From the NCBI GenBank assembly GCA_965140785.1, contig OZ223496.1:32001-96000 (forward strand): a stretch of 64,000 nt of DNA. The letters are read 5' to 3'. The DNA is from an uncultured Ruficoccus sp. (GTDB lineage: Bacteria > Verrucomicrobiota > Verrucomicrobiia > Opitutales > Cerasicoccaceae). The first letter of the stretch is position 1. Every line of letters begins with the position of its first letter. Shown in pieces: positions 12,225 to 20,884 of this stretch. The position numbers and the translations under genes were made by a program. The notes beneath the pieces were generated by a model, which saw only the letters and a program-made list of their open reading frames with translations, made no database searches and was not told the DNA's origin.

Positions 12225-12825
12225 AATAAAGTCTATGGGTTTCGATATAGGCCTCAACCGCCGGCGGCAAGAAAAACCGCGCGCCCCTGCCCTCGGCAAA
12301 ACGCTGGCGTAATTCGCTCGAACTGACCGCGAAGGGATGCCCGCTGACCAGGTGGAAGCGCTCGGGCGGAAAACCGGCGGGCACGGTCAGGGACTTCCCC
12401 GGTCGCCCGACGACGATGAGTTCGGCCAGTTCCAGCAGCCGCCGGGGCTGGTGCCAGCGGGAAAACTTCGCCACATGATCGGCCCCCACGATCCAGAACA
12501 GGCGGGCCGAGGGGTGCTTGCGGCGCAGGCGCTCCAGGGTATCGACGGTGTAGGCGGGCTCGGCCTTGCGCATTTCGCAATCCTCCACCCGCATCTCATC
12601 GTCGCCCTCCAGGGCCAAGTCGAGCATGGCCAGGCGATGAACGCCGTCCACGCTCGGCGCTTCCTCCCGCAGGGGGGTGTGTGGCGAGGGCACAAAGTAA
12701 ACCGTGTCCAGTTCCAGTTGTTCCCGCGCGTCCTGGGCAATCAACAGATGCCCATAATGCACGGGGTCGAAACTGCCACCGAGAAAACCGAGCCGGGGAG
12801 ATGCGGGGGCTTGCGCCTCAATCAT
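12217..12825 (-). CDS. nadD: Nicotinate-nucleotide adenylyltransferase
   Basis: GGSFDPVHYGHL, YTVDTL, WIVGAD, VSSSELR. Confidence 0.95.
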   Translation of the reverse strand: MIEAQAPASPRLGFLGGSFDPVHYGHLLIAQDAREQLELDTVYFVPSPHTPLREEAPSVDGVHRLAMLDLALEGDDEMRVEDCEMRKAEPAYTVDTLERLRRKHPSARLFWIVGADHVAKFSRWHQPRRLLELAELIVVGRPGKSLTVPAGFPPERFHLVSGHPFAVSSSELRQRFAEGRGARFFLPPAVEAYIETHRLYCD

Positions 12826-13936
12826 AGATCTCCTGATAGACCGGCTTGAGGGCGGATTCAAGCTTCTGGAGTGCCCGTTTTTCGCGCATGCTCACCTGCT
12901 GGTGCGAGATCCCGACCTCGGAGGCGATGCTGGCCAGCGTGCGCGGGTCCGTCCCCGGTTCCAGCCCAAAGCGCAGGGCGAGCACTTCGCGCTGCTTGTC
13001 GGTCAGTCCGTCGAGTACCTCCAGCAGCGTGCGGTAGAGATCCTTTTCGGTCAGCGAATCCGAGGGGGGCACGGCCTCCTCGTCGCTCAGGTGGCGGGGC
13101 GCGTTGCCGTCCGAGTCATCCGCCATATCGTCCAGCGAAAGCCGCGGCTTGAGCAGGCCCTCGTACTTGGAGGGCTCCTTCTGCTTGTTCTGCCCGGGGG
13201 CGGTCTCGCCCTTGCTGGATTCGGTGAGGATGCGGGAGGCCAGATTGATCGGCACGTGTACCGGGAAATGCTCCTCCATCAAATAGTTACGAATGTGCCG
13301 GGAAATCCAGGTGCGGGCGTAGCTACCAAAGGAAGCCTTATTGTCCTCGACCTTGTCGATGGCGTGAATGAGGCCGATGCTCGCCTCCTGAAAGGCGTCG
13401 GGCCGTAGGTTCGGGTCGAACACCTGGCGGTTGACCAGCTTGTGAGTCAGCGACTGGTAGCGGCGGTACAGCACCGTCTGCGCCCGCTTATAGCGGCGGT
13501 GGCGCATGGCCATGGCGAAGGCGATCTTGTCCTTGAACTCCACCCAGTGGTCCTGGCTCAAGTTGATGTCCAACTCCCGGCTGCTCCACAGGTCCAGCCC
13601 GAAGCGGTCCCCAAAGGCGAGCGCGGTCTTCGACGGAAAACGTCCCTCGAAATGCTCCAGCAGCCAGACGATCAGTCCGTTCTTGTTCTCCAGCAGCAGC
13701 GAATCCACCACCGAACGCAGGTTGATGCCCCGGCGCGGCTGGGGCAGCCCCAGCTCCCGAAGGCCTTCTTCATCAAGCCCTTCCCACATGGAAAGGTGTA
13801 AAACCCAATCAAGGCTGCGCCGATAAGCCGCGATAATCCCCCGGCAGGCTCTTTCGCTCAGCACACGATCTTTCCCCGTGATTCGAGGCATGGCCGAATC
13901 ATGCGGTGGGGAAGAAACTGGGGTGGCCCGAGCCAT
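12818..13936 (-). CDS. Sigma-70 family RNA polymerase sigma factor (RpoD/RpoS-like regions 2-4)
   Basis: Region 2 DAFQEASIGLIHAIDK..FGSYARTWI and region 4 LTDKQREVLALRFGL..TLASIASEVGISHQQVSMREKRALQKL. Start uncertain (13936 or 13891). Confidence 0.88.
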   Translation of the reverse strand: MARATPVSSPPHDSAMPRITGKDRVLSERACRGIIAAYRRSLDWVLHLSMWEGLDEEGLRELGLPQPRRGINLRSVVDSLLLENKNGLIVWLLEHFEGRFPSKTALAFGDRFGLDLWSSRELDINLSQDHWVEFKDKIAFAMAMRHRRYKRAQTVLYRRYQSLTHKLVNRQVFDPNLRPDAFQEASIGLIHAIDKVEDNKASFGSYARTWISRHIRNYLMEEHFPVHVPINLASRILTESSKGETAPGQNKQKEPSKYEGLLKPRLSLDDMADDSDGNAPRHLSDEEAVPPSDSLTEKDLYRTLLEVLDGLTDKQREVLALRFGLEPGTDPRTLASIASEVGISHQQVSMREKRALQKLESALKPVYQEIYD

Positions 13937-14147
13937 AAAAAATTTTTATGCCATTTGAGGATTAAGACATAAAACGTTAAGGTTTTTTTGCGTCTGCGCA
14001 AAGAAAAAGTTAAGCCTATTGGCACAAATATGCACGCAAAAGCTCTTCCATGCGCTCGTATCATGGAGTTTAGCGCCTTTTTTACGGGGGTAGAACGCCA
14101 CTGTCTTGTAATTATCCCTTTTTTCGGCATTTTTCAACGCCATCACT

Positions 14148-14810
14148 ATGCCTCCCCCCCATGCCGAACGCCACAGCCTCTCTGAAAACCTCCAGTCTAT
14201 CGTCGCTGGTCAGAGCGAGAAGGTCACGCTGGGCGAAATCGTGGATGCGATTAACGACAAGCAGTTCGGTATGTTGCTGGTCCTTCTATCCATCCCCAGC
14301 GCCCTGCCCATCCCCGCCGCCGGCTACAGCACGCCTTTCGGGGTCGCCATCCTCATCCTGGGCCTGCAGATGCTCAAAGGCCGCCGCACCCCCTGGCTGC
14401 CCCGCAAGATGCGCCAGAAGACCTTCACCCGCCAGAAACTGGTCGGCATGGTCAACAAGACCGGCGGCTTTTTCCGCTGGGTGGAAAAGTTCGTGCGCCC
14501 GCGCCTGCACTGGATCAACAGCCGCGGCGGCTACCGCCTGATGGCACTGCTGGTCATCTTCATGAGCCTGCTCATGTGCCTGCCCATTCCCAGCACCAAT
14601 ACCGCTCCGGCCATGGTCATCTTTCTGATCGGAATCGGCCTGTGCGAGGACGACGGCCTCTTCGCCCTCGGAGCCTGCGCCCTGGGCATCGTGGCCGCGC
14701 TGGTCTATGTCGTGGTCATCTACTTCGCCGTGCAGCTTATCCGTGAGCACGGCTGGGACGGCGTCCACCAGCTCACCAGCTTTATCAAGCAGCAGCTCGG
14801 TCTGGAGTAG
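14148..14810 (+). CDS. exoD: Exopolysaccharide synthesis ExoD family protein
   Basis: VTLGEIVD, FGMLLVLLSIPSALPIP, PWLP, LPIPSTNTAPA..EDDG. Confidence 0.9.
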   Translation: MPPPHAERHSLSENLQSIVAGQSEKVTLGEIVDAINDKQFGMLLVLLSIPSALPIPAAGYSTPFGVAILILGLQMLKGRRTPWLPRKMRQKTFTRQKLVGMVNKTGGFFRWVEKFVRPRLHWINSRGGYRLMALLVIFMSLLMCLPIPSTNTAPAMVIFLIGIGLCEDDGLFALGACALGIVAALVYVVVIYFAVQLIREHGWDGVHQLTSFIKQQLGLE

Positions 14811-14895
14811 CACCCCGCCAAAAAAGGAAAAATCGCGGGCGAAGCTAACCTCTGCCCTCCCCACCTACGAAATCCTCCGCAGCTATTTTTAAGGA

Positions 14896-14923
14896 TTGCC
14901 CGCCGCCCGCAAAGACCTAGGCT
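14896..14923 (+). promoter_or_regulatory. Candidate native tRNA promoter
   Basis: TTGCCC-N16-TAGGCT, 17 nt upstream of the 5' tRNA fragment. Pattern match only. Confidence 0.35.
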
Positions 14924-14939
14924 CCCTTGCTTTCGCACG

Positions 14940-14982
<43 letters not shown>

Positions 14983-15106
14983 AAATAAAGCATTTTTGCC
15001 CGAATTTCCCTGAGTCATCCTGAGCTCCCTAGACTTTGACGGCCAACAATTTACAAAACAGGACGTTCGTCTCGAGTTTTCCCGAATATTCCCATTTCAC
15101 AAACTC

Positions 15107-15128
15107 GGGTTACAAATTGGGTTACAAA
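15107..15128 (+). promoter_or_regulatory. Putative integrase arm-type sites, left (GGGTTACAAA x2)
   Basis: GGGTTACAAA at 15107 and 15119; the same motif occurs at 44859 with a variant at 44872. Confidence 0.7.
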
Positions 15129-15338
15129 AATAGGACGAATTAAGATTTCCTCATACACCCATTGGACCGCCAAGACCTCAGCTCGTTTTCCTCTTTTTCA
15201 CGGAACAGATTCAGAGTTTCGACGAAACGTTTCAGGCATTCAACCGGATCAGCGTCACCCCACATTTTGACAGAACTGGCTTAACTTCCTGAACATTCAA
15301 CGAGAGCCCGGCTAAACAATCTGAGATGGGCCTCTCGC

Positions 15339-15497
15339 TTACCAACAGGATTGTTCACACTGCCTAGCCTCATTCAAGCTGGCCTGAAGATCGCGCAGGA
15401 ATTCGCTGGGCGTGGAATATAGCCCACTATCACCAGAATTACCGTTGATAAACGAGCGAAGCTCGTCTGTCAGAGAAAGATTAATCGAGCTAGCCAT
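15339..15497 (-). pseudogene. Truncated ribbon-helix-helix (ParD/CopG-like) antitoxin
   Basis: MASSINLSLTDELRSFI...GLYSTPSEFLRDL matches the ParD-type RHH pattern, then degenerates. No toxin gene seen. Confidence 0.6.
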
Positions 15498-15504
15498 CGG
15501 TCTG

Positions 15505-16873
15505 TCACACTTCCGACTTAGGCTTAAGCCGGAAGACTTCAGCGGACTGAGTGCGATTGATCTCGATCTCGACAAGAAGAGTCTGATTCGGAAAAAAGAA
15601 GCTTTTATTTTTTTGACTCAGGACGGGAACCCCTCCTGTTTCCGGCACATCCGGCGGGTTGGCATAGCCGATAAGTTCTGAAACACGGGCCGCCACCAAG
15701 CTCAGACTCACTTCACCTGCGTGCGTCTCAATCAAGTCCTTCATGTCGTCCATGTCGAAGTACAGGCTTCTCCATGCGCCACTGCTTCGGTTGACATGCA
15801 CATCCTCCAGTATCTCGCGGTTGATCTTTTCAAACACCGTATCCTCATCATCGTCCTCCTGATAGAGCTCAATGAAATAATCGTCCACAGGGTTACCGAA
15901 CTGATCATGGACATAAAACACGACATTCATGTACTGGTGGAATTTCTCTTTATCGCTATTACTCCTCGACTTCAGACCGGCGGCATAAGTCTCCGCCGTA
16001 AGTTCCCTGCAATATTCACGATGCTCTGGATAACCGCTCTTCGTCACGCGAAGGGCCTTGAGCAACAGCTCTCCAACTTGATCATCAATGGCAGTCGGTT
16101 CGGTGATGTTGCCATGGTTCCGCTTGAACACAGCGAAGGGAATTTCCGGACAATTGGCAGAAACCACTTTCATGTCTGGCGTCAACTCAGGGTCTCGGAA
16201 ATAGGCTTTCACATACTTGGCGTTAAGGTTAGCCGTGGATACGCGCACTGTTCCGTCTGAACCGTTTTCATGAAGTATGCGTTTGAAGCGATCGTCATAA
16301 CCCACCGTCCCCACCATCACCGTGGCCAGCGTATTGCAGGGATCAAAGATCGGGAAGCCAGGGTCGAACAAATCCGTCATGGCCAACTGCGCACTGTAGG
16401 GCGAAGCCAGTTCCAGCGCATTGAGCACCCCTGTCCCGGTCTCCATAAATCCGTCCCATTTCCAGCCCTTGAATAATCGTCCGAACATGGACTTGCCAAC
16501 ATGCGCCAAAGGGGAACCAAAGTTCGCTGGGGCCAAGAACACAAAATGACGAACTGGAGTCAGTGAAGCATCCAAATGACCTTCCTCGCTATAACAGACT
16601 TGGCGCAAATACTCACGCCCAACGAGCCCCCCTGTGCTATGTACAATCAGGTCAAACGAATGCCTCTCTTGAGGGATGTCAGCATCGTTAAGAGCAACGA
16701 TCATCGCATTGCCCAAGTCGGGCAGTGTGATCTCGTCCTGCATCGAAATGTAATCCCCCAGGGAAAATACTCTTGGTTTCGAAATTATTATCTTCCAGGA
16801 ATTGCGCGAGGGGCTCGAAGCTGGAGGAGTTGTCGCTCCATCCGTGCAGGATAACAACTGGTAGTTTAGACAT
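15505..16873 (-). CDS. Alpha/beta hydrolase (lipase/esterase-like), +1 frameshift near 16762
   Basis: N-terminal VILHGWSD (ORF 16688-16873) joins HSTGGLV and LAPANFGSPLA (ORF 15505-16857) after removing one C. Confidence 0.8.
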
Positions 16874-17191
16874 CGGTTGTAGGTTAGGAATAGATTTTAA
16901 CTAATAAAATAACCTATGATTTGTCCAGTTAAACAAAACATGGGCGGCCGAAGACACGAAATGCCGTAGTGTTATCCTAGATCAGTTGCTTCGCGCCACA
17001 ACCCAAACAAACTGCACGATCAGCGCCGATTTTGAACGAACCCAATGCAGTCCTAGTGATTTCATCCCGACATCCTTCTTGCTTCGGCAGAGTAATGTGG
17101 TCAGCTTGCTCGGCCCTTTGTTATTGCATGCGGAACGGACGCGCCATATCTGGATACAGTATATTCAGTTGGCTCCCCCTACCCGTCCGCC

Positions 17192-19236
17192 ATGAAAGCC
17201 ATCACCCTGCCGCTCTTAGCTGCCGCACTGCCCCTAACCCTCCAGGCTGAATCCGAAACAGACTCAGTCTGCGCAACAGAACCCACTGCCGATGAGTCCT
17301 ATTATGAGGACCACTCCTCGCTCGGGTACACGCTGCCGAACCTTCCACTTGAGTGGTACAGTGAACCCTTTGACCTAAAAGGCAAATGGCTCCTGCTGGC
17401 CTATACCTCGGAGTGCTGCGGCGGGCTCCATTACCCAGACACACAGGACATCGAACGGCTCAGTGAGATTTACACGCACTACGGGAAGCAGATCAACGTT
17501 CTCGCCCTCACCTGGGCAAGTGCCGAGCGGTTAAAGATCGTCACCCAAGGCATTGAGATGACTTATCCGCTCGCCTACGACCCCGATCACCGCTGGGGCA
17601 AAGTGTTGGGCAACGCCTACGAGCCGAGCTATCTGCTGTTCAATCCAGAGGGCCAATGCGTCTGGGAAGGAAATCTAGCTCAGATCAGCGATGCGTTGTT
17701 GGCTGCGCTGCCCCAAGGAAGAACCGCTCTGTACGAAATGGGGTTTTATCTGGCGAACGACGATGGCAATCAACTTTTGCTGCCAATCCTTACTGACAAC
17801 CCGATGGCCGGTTCCTTCTGGAGTATAGATTCCGTGGAAAATGCTCATTACCTATACGACGCCGGAGTTTTTGATGAGGCCGAGAGCGGCAAAGATGCCA
17901 CGCTCAAAAGGTTTCTGGAGGCCTTTCCGCCTTCGCTCTACAATGTGTATATTGATGACTCTTGGATCAACACCGTCGGAACAGAAGGGGAAGACACGCT
18001 CCGCATGCGTGCCCGGTATTTCCCAATCAGCCGCACCGATAAATCCATTACTCTGCTTTTACGTAGCGACAAACTTTCCGGAAAACCGGGGAAAACTCAA
18101 ATACGGTTATTGGACATTTTATCCGGAAGCTGAAAAGGCGATTATTTATAGTAAAAAATTTATGGCATGCGCCGGAAACCCTTCCCAGCATCTGGCACCG
18201 CACCCCCAGCGACGCCTATACGGAGGCAGAGGAACGACTGGATTTAGCGGAAGGGTACGACGGGCCCTTCGACGAGTATTCACGCCTGGGGCACACACTG
18301 CCGGACGCATCGTTGGAGTGGCTCAGCGAACCGACTGAGTTGAAAAACAAATGGCTGCTGCTGGAGTTCTGGGGCACCTATTGCGGCCCCTGCATCCGGC
18401 AGATTCCCCGTCTCAACGAAATCCACCAGATGGTTGGGCCAGACCTCGTCGTGGTCGGCATCACTTCAGAGGCTCCGGCCAAAGTCGTCGCCCGCATGCG
18501 CAAATCCCACATCGCCTATCCCGTGGCCAACGATCCCAACGGAAAGTGGCAGGAGCATTTCAACATTTTCGGCGTCCCCTCCACCATTCTCGTCAATCCT
18601 CAAGGTCAATGCGTGTGGGAGGGCGAGCTGGATGCATTACCCGATGTCCTGCTGAACGCGTTCGGTAAAGGCGACGATGCGCTCAAGGCCGCCGGTTACC
18701 GTCTCGTCACCAACAAGGACGACGGCCTCCAGCTCATGCTCCCCATCATCGAAGCTGATCCGCTGGAGGGCACCTGCTGGCGTTTCAACAGCCATGAATC
18801 CATTCGCTTCGCCGACAAGATGGGCTGGCTTAAGCAGATGGGCTGCGACGACACCTTTGTCGAACGCTTCTGCCAACACCCCGAAAGCATCCTGTACTGG
18901 CGCTTCGCGAACGGACGTGTCCAGAGATTGGGCGAGGGTTCCGGCCTTGGCTACACCATCGACAGCGAATACTTTCTGTTCGAGAGAAATGGCAATACCT
19001 TTACCATCGTTTTCCGGGGCCCGACAAACGAACGCGACAGCCTGCGCTACAAGTATCTGACCATCACGCAAACGCCGGAGTACACGGCCACCTATCCCCA
19101 ATGGGTACGCCGCGACGGCCCTCCCCGCGCACTTTGGCACTCCATCGCCCCCGAAGAATATACCGCCGCCGAAGAACGATTAGCCTCGGCGACCTCCACC
19201 GTGGACAATGAACGAACGTTGCCCCCATCCCGATAA
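17192..19236 (+). CDS. Secreted tandem TlpA/thioredoxin-like protein split by two +1 frameshifts (~18092, ~18153)
   Basis: Signal peptide; repeat 1 LKGKWLLLAYTSECCGG, repeat 2 LKNKWLLLEFWGTYCGPC. The intervening frames give the homologous C-terminal tail of repeat 1. Confidence 0.7.
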
Positions 19237-19272
19237 TGCCCCAATGGTAAATCGCAGTACAAATACATCGAG

Positions 19273-19330
19273 ATGAAACCACACCGGCAGCAGCGCATAC
19301 TCTGGCTCGCGGCTTGGGGGCTATCCGTAG
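19273..19330 (+). pseudogene. N-terminal stub of a secreted protein interrupted by the IS
   Basis: MKPHRQQRILWLAAWGLSV continues in frame after IS copy 2 as VVGKSQAQTVG. Confidence 0.45.
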
Positions 19331-20699
19331 TGTCTGAGCCTCCCGAAATTGGTCCATTGCTGATGAGATGATTTTCTGTCAAATGACAGATAATCGAGTA
19401 TGAAACGAGGAAGACGAAGCACCGAAGAGATCATCCGCATCCTTCGCGCGAGCGAAGGTCTAAACGTCGAGGATGCCTGCCGCGAGCACGGTATCAGCCC
19501 GGCGACGTACCATCGCTACAAGCGCCAGTATGGGGGGGTTGGATGTGAAGGAGGCACAGCGGCTACGGGACTTGGAGAAGGAGTTCACGAGCGTAGCGAG
19601 AAGGCCTGACACTCCGAGCTAAAGAAGCTGCTTGCCGACCATTTGCTCAAGACCAAAGCCCTTGAGATTGCGTTGGAAAAAAACGCCTGAGCCCGGATCA
19701 CCAGCGCGGGGCGGCCGCCAAGGTCGTCGCCGCGCTTCGGTGCTCCGGGAGACAAGTGTGCCGGTGGCTGGGCATTCATCGCTCAACCTATCGTTACCAA
19801 CCCAAGCCGCTACCCGAGAAGAAGCGGCTGCTGGAAGCCGAGATCGTGAAGATGAGCCAGCGTCATCCGACCTTGGGCTATCGCAAGATCACGCGCAAGC
19901 TTCGCGAGGCCGGTTGGAATGTGGGCAAGAAACTGGTGCAACGCGTACGTCGGCAGGAGGGCCTGCAAGTGCCTGCTCCTAAACCACGCACACGTCGTCA
20001 GGGCTTGTCGACAGGATTGCCGCAGCAGGCCACGCCCCGTAACCACGTCTGGGCCTGGGACTTGTTTTCTTGTGATCATGTCGCGCTTCGCGCTCGGTAG
20101 TCTCCGACCATACTCAGCGTGGCGGCGCCCTGCGCTGTTTTAACCTCATTGATGAGTTTACGCGTGAGTGTCATTGCATCCATGCGGATCGCTCCATCAA
20201 GGCCGATGATGTGCTCGCCGTGCTCAAGCAGGCGATCACCACCCACGGAGTTCCCGCGTATATCCGCTCCGATAACGGGCCCGAGTTTATCGCCAGACCG
20301 ATCAAGCGCTGGCTGGCCGACAATCAGATCAAGACCCTCTACATTGATCCGGGTTGCCCCTGGCACAATGGCGGACGGTGCGACCAGCCCGCCCGGCTAC
20401 GTCGAGTCCTTCAACAGCCGCTTCAGGCAGGAGTGCCTGGATCGTGAACTGCTCTACACCCTCAGCGAATCACGCGTCGTCTTTAATGATTGGCGCAGCT
20501 ACTACAACAACGAACGCCCTCATCGCTCTCTGGGCTTGCTCACACCGACCCAGTTTGCCAAACAACTAAACTCAGGTTCCGGCTCCGTTCGGCCTACGGC
20601 CTCTCTACGCCAGAACCTCCAAAAACAAACAAACCAACAACACAACCACCAGACCGGAAATCTCTCATAACATCCGGACCAAAACGTGGGACTCAGACA
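19331..20699 (+). mobile_element. IS3-family insertion sequence, copy 1 (1369 bp, inactivated)
   Basis: TGTCTGAG...CTCAGACA imperfect terminal inverted repeats; orfA HTH (EEIIRILR..CREHGIS.ATYHRYK); A7C frameshift site; orfB DDE fragments (WAWD, IRSDNGPEF, ESFNSRFRQECL, YNNERPHRSLG). Confidence 0.93.
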
Positions 20700-20704
20700 C
20701 AAGC

Positions 20705-20884
20705 TCAACCTGGCTCAGGTATAGCGTGGCCGCCGGACGGGAAATCCCTAAAATTTTCCTTGAACAGGATGGCGTCCCTCGTGTTGGCCAGTCGGTCGAT
20801 ACTGGGCGTTCGCACGGCCGGATTTTCGCAGCAGCCGACAAAGCTATCGTGCATTATATCGGGGTTGACGAAAATGAAGTTCAT
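20705..20884 (-). pseudogene. Sulfatase N-terminal remnant
   Basis: MNFIFVNPD...VGCCENPAVRTPSIDRLA resembles a sulfatase N-terminus and ends next to the IS. Confidence 0.6.

Noticed and set aside
20576..20618. Hairpin near the IS right end as a separate element
   Set aside because: Lies inside the IS terminal region in both copies and does not break a conserved motif; treated as part of the IS.
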